Below, one piece after another: positions 19,999 through 28,908 of a stretch of DNA of 64,000 bases; position 1 is the first letter of the stretch, and each line of letters opens with the position of its first letter. The notes below the pieces were generated by a model. That model worked only from the letters and a program-made list of their open reading frames with translations. It was not told the DNA's origin and searched no databases. The stretch spans positions 62 to 64,061 of the forward strand of contig CAAGRW010000043.1 of NCBI GenBank assembly GCA_900772775.1. Reading direction: 5' to 3'. The position numbers were made by a program, and so were the translations under genes. The DNA is from Candidatus Rifleibacteriota bacterium. Lineage in GTDB: Bacteria; Vulcanimicrobiota; Xenobia; Xenobiales; Xenobiaceae.

Positions 19999-20967
19999 AT
20001 GCTTAGTCCCTCTTACAGCCGTTTTCTCACTTGGGCTCTGGTTATTGGCTCGGCAGCTCTGTGCGCCGACATCAGCGCCGCTTCTTTGGACGCTTATTTT
20101 ACCAATTCTCCGGGCAGTATCGAAATAGAAAAAAGTGCTCGCGATTCTAGAGCCGACTTAACTTCCGCTCAAGCCAAAGATATCGCTTCGGCTTTGCGTC
20201 AGCCTGTGGAAAAAAAACCCACTCCCCCCAAGAAAAAACGTAAAAGTAGAGTTATTGGTGAAAAGGGCGCAGCTGAAGGCTCAGACAGCCAGGCAAAAGA
20301 TAGCAAAAAAGAGGATAAACGCGATATTAGCAAAGCCGTTTTGCAAGGTACGCTCATTTCGCCTTCTTCGCGGGCTGCCATTTTAGAATTGGCCCCCGGA
20401 ACTGTGGAAATTGTGGCCGAGGGAGAAGATATTGGCAAGTATACTTTGACCGAGGTTGGCTCTGCCTGGGCTCGCTTTGAAAATGACGAAGAAGAACTGC
20501 TCTTTGTAGCTGATAGCTTAAGTTTGTCTGATGGTCAAGAAGACAAGAGCTCCGGCCCTATTGTCAAAAAACGTCCCAAGACCGAAGACGACAAAGAAGC
20601 GGCTGAGCAAGACAAAGAAGAGACTAAAGAAGAGAGCAATGATGACGGACAGCCCAGAGTAAGTATGGCCGATGTGCGCCAGGCTCTGGATAATTCTGCC
20701 GAAATGGCCAAGCAATTGCGCGTTGTTCCCCAGGAAAAAGACGGTCAACCTTACGGTACCAGAGTCGATTTTAGAGACGCCAACAATTTGCTGGCTCGTA
20801 TGGGTGTACAAGATCGCGACATTATGCTCTCTATTAATGGTATTCCTACGCGCAGTGCCGAAGAAATGTATCGCGGCTATATGACCTTGCGCAACGCCAA
20901 TTCCTTTGAATTTGTTGTTGAGAGAAATGGCAAAGAGGAGACGATTCGCTACGAGTTAGACAAATAA
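19999..20967 (+). CDS. putative T2SS protein C (GspC-like): N-terminal TM, acidic/Lys-rich linker, C-terminal PDZ domain (alternative starts 19822/19894)
   Basis: The TM is LTWALVIGSAALCA. The C-terminal PDZ-like segment is DIMLSINGIPTRSAEEMYRGYMTLRNANSFEFVVERNGKEE. It is divergent from gspL. Confidence 0.5.
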   Translation: MLSPSYSRFLTWALVIGSAALCADISAASLDAYFTNSPGSIEIEKSARDSRADLTSAQAKDIASALRQPVEKKPTPPKKKRKSRVIGEKGAAEGSDSQAKDSKKEDKRDISKAVLQGTLISPSSRAAILELAPGTVEIVAEGEDIGKYTLTEVGSAWARFENDEEELLFVADSLSLSDGQEDKSSGPIVKKRPKTEDDKEAAEQDKEETKEESNDDGQPRVSMADVRQALDNSAEMAKQLRVVPQEKDGQPYGTRVDFRDANNLLARMGVQDRDIMLSINGIPTRSAEEMYRGYMTLRNANSFEFVVERNGKEETIRYELDK

Positions 20968-21036
20968 CCCATAAGGTTGAGCTTTTCTCCATACGATCAA
21001 GTAAGGATAAAGCTCAGGAGAGGCAGGTATCAGATT

Positions 21037-21747
21037 ATGGCAAAACCCAAAGGTATCCGTGTCGGTCAAGCTATAAATTTCGGCCGCTGCAGACAGGGGC
21101 GTTTCTTGGCCAAAGAGGAGCGCCGCGCTCTCAAATTGGAGGTTGAACAAGTTTCTAATGCCCAGGCGGAAGAAGCTGTCAGCTCACCCGATGACCTTTA
21201 TCCTATCAAACCTATTAGGTGGCGTGTTCTGGCCGTCAAGCCTGATGAAGGCATTGCTCTTTTAGTAGTTAAGAAATGTTTAGCCAGTCGTCCTTTTCAT
21301 CCTCAGCCTCCTTATCCCACTTGGGAAAAGAGCGATATGCGCACTTGGCTCAACGGAGAATTTATCGAAGCCGTCTTTACTCCGGAAGAACGCGAACTTT
21401 TGGTTTTGACCGACGTTCCTAACGATGCTTCTCAAGATTGTCGTAACGGTCGCGACGGCGGGCCCACTACTCAAGATCGAGTATTTTTGCTGAGCTATAC
21501 CGAGGCTCGTGACTATTTCAAAGATTATGAAGATAGGCGCTGCTCTTTAACGTTGGTAGCTAAAGCCCAAGGAGGATATGCCGACGATGAAGGTGATTGC
21601 TGTTGGTGGTTGCGCAGTCCCGGAAGTAGTGAAGATACGGTTGGGTTTGTCAGCTATGGTGGCAGTTATAGCTACGACAAAGTGGTCAACTTCCGTGGTA
21701 TATCTGTTCGCCCAGCTTTGTGGGTAAAATACGCTTCTTTGCTCTAA
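21037..21747 (+). CDS. hypothetical protein with a C-terminal WWLRSPG-containing domain (DUF6273-like by memory); alternative TTG start at 20977
   Basis: The ATG at 21037 is preceded by AGGAGAGG. Conserved-looking CCWWLRSPG...YSYD...GISVRPALWV block. No signal peptide. Confidence 0.45.
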   Translation: MAKPKGIRVGQAINFGRCRQGRFLAKEERRALKLEVEQVSNAQAEEAVSSPDDLYPIKPIRWRVLAVKPDEGIALLVVKKCLASRPFHPQPPYPTWEKSDMRTWLNGEFIEAVFTPEERELLVLTDVPNDASQDCRNGRDGGPTTQDRVFLLSYTEARDYFKDYEDRRCSLTLVAKAQGGYADDEGDCCWWLRSPGSSEDTVGFVSYGGSYSYDKVVNFRGISVRPALWVKYASLL

Positions 21748-21892
21748 TTAGCGCTCGCTTTTTCTACTTTTAATGTAATGCCGAAAAGGCAAAAATAAAA
21801 AGCGCAGTTCCGCTCTTTGTAAAGCTACCGTAAAGCTATACGGTTGCACCTAAAAGCGGAATTGCGCTTTTCTTTAACTTAAGAATTTTGGC

Positions 21893-22366
21893 TTACCAAA
21901 AACCTAAAGCTGCTTTGGCTTCTTCGGTGGGATTTACTTCCGGGTTCCACATGGGAGTCCAGACTAAATCGACATGGCAATCTTTAACGCCGGGCAAGCG
22001 AGTGATAGCCAAATAGGCAGCGCCAGTAATTTCCGGCCCTAAAGGACAACCAGGACTGGTTAAAGTCATATTGACTTGCACTGAACCTTTATCTTGGTCG
22101 AGAATAATATCGTATACTAGACCCAGTTCGATAATATTCATGCCTATTTCCGGATCTTTGACTTCGCAAAGCGCTTCTTTGATCTGGTCTTCGGTAGGGA
22201 AGGACTCAGCAACGGTAGTTGAGTCTGTTTCAGAAGTTGAAGCGGCAGTGGTCTTTTCTTCGATCACTTGAGGAGCTTGTGTCGCTGCGTCTTGGGCAGT
22301 ATCTTCTGTGTTGGTAAGGCACTGAGCTTGAGTGATGGGCTGTTCATCTGAGCCGGAAAATGGCAT
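21893..22366 (-). CDS. sufT: SUF-system Fe-S assembly protein SufT (DUF59/MIP18 family) with a ~60-aa disordered N-terminal extension
   Basis: DUF59 core: VKDPEIGMNIIELGLVY...NMTLTSPGCPLG...VDLVWTPMWNPE. Confidence 0.75.
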   Translation of the reverse strand: MPFSGSDEQPITQAQCLTNTEDTAQDAATQAPQVIEEKTTAASTSETDSTTVAESFPTEDQIKEALCEVKDPEIGMNIIELGLVYDIILDQDKGSVQVNMTLTSPGCPLGPEITGAAYLAITRLPGVKDCHVDLVWTPMWNPEVNPTEEAKAALGFW

Positions 22367-22380
22367 AGCGCAAAATCTCC

Positions 22381-22848
22381 TTAATTGTCTTCTTTTTTAT
22401 CCTCTAAAGCGGAAAGCAAAGTGTTCCAGCTCAAGAGAGCGCATTTTATACGTACGGGATAATCTTTAACGCCGTCGAGAGCTTCCAGTTCGCCAATATC
22501 GACACTTTCCGCTTCTTGAGCGGCTTCAGCGTCTTCGTGGCTTAAAAGTCTGGCTTTAAAAGCGTGGGCAATTTTGAGCACTTCTTCTACCGGTTTGCCT
22601 TTAATAATGTCGGCTAACATAGAAGAAGAGGCCACTGAAATGGAACAACCTTCACCCACAAAACCTACGTCGGTGACTATGCCATTTTCTACCCGCAAGT
22701 CGAGCTCGATTTCATCACCGCAAGTAGGATTGGTACCTTCGACGCTGACAGTAGGATGCTCGAGATGGCAATTGTGGCGTGGCCTGGAATAGTGGTCGAG
22801 AATTATTTGGCGATAAAGATCGTCATTGATAAGATTGTCTGAATGCAT
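22381..22848 (-). CDS. sufU: SufU-type (IscU-like, Zn-dependent) sulfur acceptor for SufS
   Basis: NPTCGDEIELDL...GEGCSISVASSSML: three conserved Cys and the SufU pattern. Confidence 0.85.
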   Translation of the reverse strand: MHSDNLINDDLYRQIILDHYSRPRHNCHLEHPTVSVEGTNPTCGDEIELDLRVENGIVTDVGFVGEGCSISVASSSMLADIIKGKPVEEVLKIAHAFKARLLSHEDAEAAQEAESVDIGELEALDGVKDYPVRIKCALLSWNTLLSALEDKKEDN

Positions 22849-22913
22849 AATTTGGTTACGTTTCCTTCTTTAATTAGACAAAACTGTGAGCCGTAGAGCA
22901 AAAGTGCTTAAAA

Positions 22914-24362
22914 TCAGCTATTGGCTTTGTGGGTCGTCAAGTCTACTTTAATGGTGGAAAAAGTGGGAGAGTAAGAGTCCATGGTATTACCCGCTTCGCG
23001 TTCAGATGGAAGTACGGTGCAAGAGTGACAAGAAGCGTTGGGACAGCAACTGGGCCAAAGCTGATGATGACCAGTTTGTACCATCACTTTGCGTTGACGT
23101 CCGGCACATTGCGGGGAACAAATAGCCTCTTTGAAAACTTCACCGGCTTTGAGTAAAGCTTCAGCCAAACGATCGATGTCGGTAAAGTTGTTATAAACGT
23201 GGAAGCTAGCTCGAGTAGTGCCCATAAAACCGATTTCGCGCATGAGCGGCTGGCAGCAATGATGGCCGGCTCTTACACAAACACCTTCACGACCGAGCAA
23301 AGTAGCAATATCGTGAGGATGGAGGCCACGGAAATAGAAAGAGAGAGCTCCGGCACGCTTTTCGGGATCGGCCGGCCCTAAAATTTCGGCGCCTTCAATA
23401 TCATTGAGTTTATCGATAGTATATCTCATGAGAGCTTGGTCGTGAGCTCTTACTTTATCCATACCTATATTGGTAAGGTAGTCGCAAGCTGCCGCTAAGC
23501 CGATAGCGCCAGTAATATTGGGAGTACCGGCTTCAAAGCGGTTGGGCAATTCGTCCCAAGAGGAGCGCTCTCTTTTTACGGAAGAAATCATGCTGCCACC
23601 AAAAAGAAAAGCAGGCATATTTTCTAAAAGTTTGCGTTTGCCCCAAAGTACGCCTATGCCAGTAGGAGCCAGCATTTTGTGGCCGGAAAAGGCCAAGAAA
23701 TCGACTCCCAAGTCGTTTACGTCGGTAGGCAAATGGGGAACACCTTGGGCTCCGTCCAAAGCAATAACGATGGGACCATGCTCCCTAGCTTTGGCCACAA
23801 TTTCTTTGACGGGATTGATAGTGCCAAAAACATTGGAAACCCAAGTAAAAGCTAAAAGCTTAGGTGAATAAGACAGGGCTTTATCTAAAGATTCTAAGTC
23901 TAAAGTACCGTCAGGCAAAACTTCAATCCAGCGCAAATTGGCTTTTTTGCGCAAAGCCAGCTGTTGCCAAGGTACCAGGTCAGAATGGTGCTCAAATACT
24001 GGCAAGGCAATACTGTCGCCCTCTTGGATATATTTCTCGCCCCAAGTATAGGCTAGTAAGTTGATCGATTCGGTAGTGTTGCGTGTAAAAATAACCGTAG
24101 GATCATCTTTGACGCCGATAAATTTGGCTACTGTCTGGCGAGCTTCGTCGTATTTTTGGGTAGAATGCTCTGACAGAGGGTACAAACCGCGATGGATATT
24201 AGCGTAGCTGGTACGAGTAAAATCGGCTACAGCATCAATAACACAATTGGGCTGCTGAGAAGAAGCTGCGCTGTCCAAATAGGCTATGGGACGGCCGTTT
24301 ACTTCTTGTTTCAAGATTGGAAAATCTTCGCGAATTTTGGCAAATAAATCTTGATCGAACAT
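22914..24362 (-). CDS. sufS: cysteine desulfurase SufS with a ~70-aa Cys/His-rich C-terminal extension
   Basis: Class V aminotransferase fold: SGHKMLAPTGIGVLWG, PLP lysine, active-site CRAGHHC. The ORF continues ~70 aa past the usual SufS end, with 7 Cys and 5 His. Confidence 0.8.
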   Translation of the reverse strand: MFDQDLFAKIREDFPILKQEVNGRPIAYLDSAASSQQPNCVIDAVADFTRTSYANIHRGLYPLSEHSTQKYDEARQTVAKFIGVKDDPTVIFTRNTTESINLLAYTWGEKYIQEGDSIALPVFEHHSDLVPWQQLALRKKANLRWIEVLPDGTLDLESLDKALSYSPKLLAFTWVSNVFGTINPVKEIVAKAREHGPIVIALDGAQGVPHLPTDVNDLGVDFLAFSGHKMLAPTGIGVLWGKRKLLENMPAFLFGGSMISSVKRERSSWDELPNRFEAGTPNITGAIGLAAACDYLTNIGMDKVRAHDQALMRYTIDKLNDIEGAEILGPADPEKRAGALSFYFRGLHPHDIATLLGREGVCVRAGHHCCQPLMREIGFMGTTRASFHVYNNFTDIDRLAEALLKAGEVFKEAICSPQCAGRQRKVMVQTGHHQLWPSCCPNASCHSCTVLPSEREAGNTMDSYSPTFSTIKVDLTTHKANS

Positions 24363-24398
24363 TCTTTTTCTTCCAATTTTAGATAAAATCTCAATAAT

Positions 24399-24704
24399 TT
24401 ATTCTGCTTCGGCGTAAACTTGACCGTTTTCAATGCTGACTGGATAAGTAGTCAAGGCACCGACAGCAGGCATACGGGTAGCACACCCAGTACGCACATC
24501 AAAACGAGCTCCATGGCGTGGGCATTCTACTTCAAAACCACATACACGGCAACGGCCCATCTCTTCACCATCGTGAGTACAATTGTCTTCATAGGCAAAA
24601 ATTTGTTCGCCTATTTTTACTACGGCTATAGAATCTAAACCGTTAGGTATTATGACAACTTGATTTTCTGGAAATTTTTCTATAGGTCCTAAAGGTATTT
24701 TCAC
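24399..24704 (-). CDS. Rieske [2Fe-2S] ferredoxin-like protein embedded in the suf operon
   Basis: CTH-x18-CPRH Rieske ligand motif. 101 aa. Confidence 0.75.
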   Translation of the reverse strand: MKIPLGPIEKFPENQVVIIPNGLDSIAVVKIGEQIFAYEDNCTHDGEEMGRCRVCGFEVECPRHGARFDVRTGCATRMPAVGALTTYPVSIENGQVYAEAE

Positions 24705-24831
24705 AGATTGCCTCCTTTTTGTGGGGGACTTGGTTAAAAGATTAAAACAGAGACAAGGCCTATTTGTTAAACAAACAGGCCGAAATCTCTGCTTTGGGTG
24801 TCAATCTAGGACACGCGTAGGACTGCAATTT

Positions 24832-26238
24832 TTAAGCTCGTCCGGCTGCGCCAAATTTTCCTTTAGCCAGAGTGGCCAACCAATTAGCTACTGTGTCGTT
24901 GTCGGCTTTTTCCACTATCTCTTGGAAGAAACCGGCAGTAAGCAAGCTCTTGGCTTCGGCTTCACTCAAACCGCGGCTTTGCATATAGAAGAGTTGCTCT
25001 TGGTTATAGTCGGTAAAGCTAGCTCCGTGGGTGCAACGTACATCGTCAGCGATAATTTCCAACTTAGGCATAGACTCGGCGCGAGCTTGAGGAGAAAGCA
25101 TTAAGTTTTGGTTCTTTTGGTAGGCGTCGGTTTGCTGGGCCACTTGGTCTACATAAATATTGCCGGCAAAAATAGAGCGGGCCTTTCCTGAAACGGCGCA
25201 ATTGAACAGCACATTGGAGTAGGTGTGGGGAGCTTTGTGGTGTACAAAAGTATCCACGTCGCTGCGGCTCTTGCCATCGGCCAGCACTACACCGTAAATT
25301 TCAGTTTTGGCTCCGGCGGCGTTGAGATCTTCGGCGAAGAAAGTTTTGCTTAAACCACTGCCAATGCCGGCATAGATAATCTTTAAAGAAGCATCCTTGC
25401 CTAAGCGAGCATGAATAGTAGTCAGGCAAGCTGTGCCTTTATTCCAATCTCCGACTAATACGTAGTTGAGATGGGCTCCGTTAGCCAAATCGAACTCTAT
25501 GAGAGAGTGAACTTTTATGGGCTCAGCGTCACTATTTTTGAAACTTTCGACTACTACTGCCTGACCGGGGCCGTTGGCACAAATCACACTGTGATTAAAG
25601 TGGCAATTTTGAGCTTCGGCTTGGGAATTGTCTTCGGTAGCAGCTTCGCCTATTTCGTGCAATACGTGGAAAGCGCGTTCGGCTTTAGCTTGCGGAGTTA
25701 CTTTTATATAGGCGCCGCCGGTACGCAAAGCGCCATTCAAAGCACTACTCAAATCTTTCTGATGGTGCTCGGCTTTAAAGAAGGAGTTTTTTAAGCTTTC
25801 TTCTTTTTGCAAAGCCTGAGTCATGGATATAATGCAAACTCCGTCTTGCTCCAAACTGTCTGCATGTTTGTTGGCCAAAGCTTGTTCTTGAGCTACGTCG
25901 ACGGCATCGGCAGCGCTATTGATACCATATTCATGTAAGCTGGCCGCAGCTTCGGAGGTAAGTTGGAATTCGTCGACGATCAATTTTTCGCCACTCAAGC
26001 GCAAAGCTTTGGCTCTTTCAGGGAAGAACCAGTCTGGGGAACTGCGCCTCCAAGTCTCTTCTTGTCTGGAAGGAGCTTCTAAAGTGCGAGCGCTTACTAA
26101 AGCGGCTTTGCGCATGTCTAAGGCCCATTGCGGCTCTTGGTTTTGCAAAGCCAATTGGGTTATATTTTCGATCACTTGCTCAAGTTGAGCATCTATGTTG
26201 ATTATCACGTTTCCTCCCGGGGATCCGAAAACTGGCAA
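24832..26238 (-). CDS. sufD: Fe-S cluster assembly protein SufD
   Basis: SufB/D beta-helix family. It sits downstream of sufB, and the C-terminal region parallels SufB. Confidence 0.8.
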   Translation of the reverse strand: MPVFGSPGGNVIINIDAQLEQVIENITQLALQNQEPQWALDMRKAALVSARTLEAPSRQEETWRRSSPDWFFPERAKALRLSGEKLIVDEFQLTSEAAASLHEYGINSAADAVDVAQEQALANKHADSLEQDGVCIISMTQALQKEESLKNSFFKAEHHQKDLSSALNGALRTGGAYIKVTPQAKAERAFHVLHEIGEAATEDNSQAEAQNCHFNHSVICANGPGQAVVVESFKNSDAEPIKVHSLIEFDLANGAHLNYVLVGDWNKGTACLTTIHARLGKDASLKIIYAGIGSGLSKTFFAEDLNAAGAKTEIYGVVLADGKSRSDVDTFVHHKAPHTYSNVLFNCAVSGKARSIFAGNIYVDQVAQQTDAYQKNQNLMLSPQARAESMPKLEIIADDVRCTHGASFTDYNQEQLFYMQSRGLSEAEAKSLLTAGFFQEIVEKADNDTVANWLATLAKGKFGAAGRA

Positions 26239-26244
26239 AAAGGG

Positions 26245-27663
26245 TTAACCTACCGAACCTTCCATCTCCATCTTAATGAGACGGTTCAGCTCGACGGCAT
26301 ATTCCATAGGCAGCTCCTTGGCGAAAGGCTCAAAGAAGCCGTTGACTATCATGGTAATAGCGTCGCTTTCGGAAAGTCCGCGGCTCATCAAATAGAAGAT
26401 TTGTTCGTCTCCAACCTTGGAAACGGTAGCTTCATGGCCGATATGGACGTCAGGATTGGCAATATCCATGGTCGGATAGGTATCGGAGCGGGAATGATCG
26501 TCTAAAAGAAGGGCGTCGCAGCGTACGTTACCGCGTACATTCTTGGCGTTGGGCTCTACTTTTACCAAGCCTCGGTAAGAGGCTTGACCGCCGTTTTTGG
26601 AAATAGATTTGGAAAGTACGTTAGAAGTGGTATTGCTGGCGGCATGAACAATCTTGGCGCCGGTATCTTGTACCTGACCTTCTCCAGCAAAAGCTACGGA
26701 AACGACTTCACCGTGAGCTCCTTCGCCCATAAGGTAGATCGCCGGATACTTCATAGAAACTTTGGAACCAATATTGCCGTCGATCCATTCAATAGTGGCA
26801 TTTTTATGGGCTACAGCACGTTTGGTTACTAAGTTGTAAACATTGGTAGACCAGTTTTGAATAGTGCTATAGCGAATCCGAGCGCCTTCCATGGCAATAA
26901 GCTCTACCACGGCTGAATGTAAGGAATCTTTAGAGTAGATGGGAGCGGTGCATCCCTCTACATAGTGCACGAAAGAGCCTTCGTCAGCGATAATGAGAGT
27001 GCGCTCAAATTGACCCATAGCTTGAGCGTTGATACGGAAATAGGCTTGTAAAGGAATTTCTACATGGACGCCCTTGGGTACGTAGATAAAGGAACCGCCG
27101 CTCCAAACTGCGGTATTAAGGGCCGCAAATTTGTTGTCATTCATGGGAATAACTGTACCGAAATATTTTTTGACAATATCAGGGTACTGGCGCAATGCGC
27201 TGTCCATATCCAAGAAGATAACGCCGTTTTTCTCAATATCAGCTCTGATAGAGTGATAAACTACCTCTGATTCGTACTGGGCAGTTAGGCCGGCTAAGTG
27301 CTTGCGCTCAGCTTCGGGAACTCCCAGTTTGTCGAAGGTATTTTTAATTTTGTCCGGTACGTCGTTCCAGTCGGTAGCGGCTTTTTCCGAAGGACGGACA
27401 TAGTAATGAATATCGTCAAAATGGACGCCGCTCAAATCTGTGCCCCAAGTGGGCATAGGCTTAGAATTGAACACTTCATAGGCCTTAAGGCGATTTTGTA
27501 ACATCCATTCCGGCTCGCCTTTAATGCGAGACATCTCGACGATAAGTTGGGGAGTAAGGCCTACTCCTGATTTGTAAACATAATCTTCGGCATCGGAAAA
27601 ACCGTATTTGTAATCGGTACCGATATTTTTTAAAGATTCTTTCTGATTGTTGGGTGCATCCAT
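26245..27663 (-). CDS. sufB: Fe-S cluster assembly protein SufB
   Basis: Highly conserved SufB sequence throughout (...[28 protein letters not shown]...). Confidence 0.9.
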   Translation of the reverse strand: MDAPNNQKESLKNIGTDYKYGFSDAEDYVYKSGVGLTPQLIVEMSRIKGEPEWMLQNRLKAYEVFNSKPMPTWGTDLSGVHFDDIHYYVRPSEKAATDWNDVPDKIKNTFDKLGVPEAERKHLAGLTAQYESEVVYHSIRADIEKNGVIFLDMDSALRQYPDIVKKYFGTVIPMNDNKFAALNTAVWSGGSFIYVPKGVHVEIPLQAYFRINAQAMGQFERTLIIADEGSFVHYVEGCTAPIYSKDSLHSAVVELIAMEGARIRYSTIQNWSTNVYNLVTKRAVAHKNATIEWIDGNIGSKVSMKYPAIYLMGEGAHGEVVSVAFAGEGQVQDTGAKIVHAASNTTSNVLSKSISKNGGQASYRGLVKVEPNAKNVRGNVRCDALLLDDHSRSDTYPTMDIANPDVHIGHEATVSKVGDEQIFYLMSRGLSESDAITMIVNGFFEPFAKELPMEYAVELNRLIKMEMEGSVG

Positions 27664-27778
27664 ATAAAGCTCCTAGGAAAGCAAACGGGCCTCCCCTTCG
27701 GCGATCTTAACTGGCTAAAAAAAGTTCGACTGGCCGAAGGGGCTTTTTGCGAAGAGCCCTTCGCAGGGCGGAAGAGAC

Positions 27779-28543
27779 CTAATTGTTGACGTATTTGTTG
27801 AGAATTTCGTCGTAACCGGTCTGCTCGAGGCGCAGAGCCAATTCGGGGCCACCACTTTCGACGATGCGTCCGCCGGCCAAAATATGAATAAACTGAGGTT
27901 TGAGATAGTCGAGCAAACGCTGATAGTGAGTAATAACTAAAGCGCTAGTATGGTTCTTTTCCAGCTCTTCATGGATACCCTCAGCTACTACTTTCAGAGC
28001 GTCAATATCCAAACCGGAGTCGGTTTCGTCTAAGAGGGAAAGACTGGGACGCAGCAAGGCCATTTGTAAAATTTCGATGCGCTTTTTTTCACCGCCGGAG
28101 AAACCTTCATTTACGTAGCGGCGGGCAAATTCAGGCTTGATACCCAGCTCTTTCATCTTGGCTTGCAATTCTTTGCGGAAGGGCAGAGGCTTTACATTGT
28201 CTTCGCCACGGACGTTGCGCACGGAGGCCATCAAGAAGTTGCCTAAGGACACTCCCGGAATAGAAGTAGGATATTGGAAAGCCAAGAAAACACCGCGTTT
28301 GGCGCGCTCGTTGGCCGGCATGTCCTGGATTTCCTCACCCTTAAAGATGATCTTGCCTTCAGTCACTCTGTAGTTGGGATGGCCCATGATCGTATTGGAC
28401 AAGGTTGATTTGCCTGAGCCATTGGGGCCCATCAAGGCGTGTACTTCTCCTTGATTGATAGTTAAATTTAAACCTTTGAGAATCTCTTTTTCCCCAACCG
28501 AAACGTGCAAATTCTTAACTTCAAGTAATAAAGAATTGGACAT
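27779..28543 (-). CDS. sufC: Fe-S cluster assembly ATPase SufC
   Basis: ABC ATPase with Walker [10 protein letters not shown], the LSGGEKKR signature and the SufC length. First gene of the operon. Confidence 0.9.
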   Translation of the reverse strand: MSNSLLLEVKNLHVSVGEKEILKGLNLTINQGEVHALMGPNGSGKSTLSNTIMGHPNYRVTEGKIIFKGEEIQDMPANERAKRGVFLAFQYPTSIPGVSLGNFLMASVRNVRGEDNVKPLPFRKELQAKMKELGIKPEFARRYVNEGFSGGEKKRIEILQMALLRPSLSLLDETDSGLDIDALKVVAEGIHEELEKNHTSALVITHYQRLLDYLKPQFIHILAGGRIVESGGPELALRLEQTGYDEILNKYVNN

Positions 28544-28908
28544 AATTGCCTCACTTGCTTATTCTAATGCGCTCGGTTTATTCACACCTTTTCTTCTTTA
28601 CCCTGCCAAGTAAGCTGTCTTGTTAAAAAAATGTTCTTAAAAAGGAGGAATTTTGTTAAAAATCTAGGCTCTTGTTTATAAAAAGACGAGTAAAATAGTA
28701 GTATTTATTGCTTGCCACGATTTTTTTTATAGTTTTTCTAGGGAAAAAGTGCCGAAAAATCGAGTAAGACGCTTTCTAGTTGTCGATTATTTTGACTTTA
28801 GTTTGCATGCCCTTTTTTTTTTCGTTAAAATGGAGACCTTCGTGCAATTTGGCTAAAAAGGTGGCAGACTTGAAACAAGAGGATACTATTTTGCAAGAAC
28901 AGAGTTTT

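Noticed and set aside
20977-21036. TTG start at 20977 for the WWLRSPG-domain gene
   Set aside because: It lies only 9 nt after the gspC stop with no usable SD spacing. The ATG at 21037 has AGGAGAGG upstream.
22929-23156. 75-aa plus-strand ORF opposite the SufS tail
   Set aside because: It is antisense to an ORF with continuous coding potential. It was rejected in favour of the SufS extension, though a frameshift artefact cannot be excluded.
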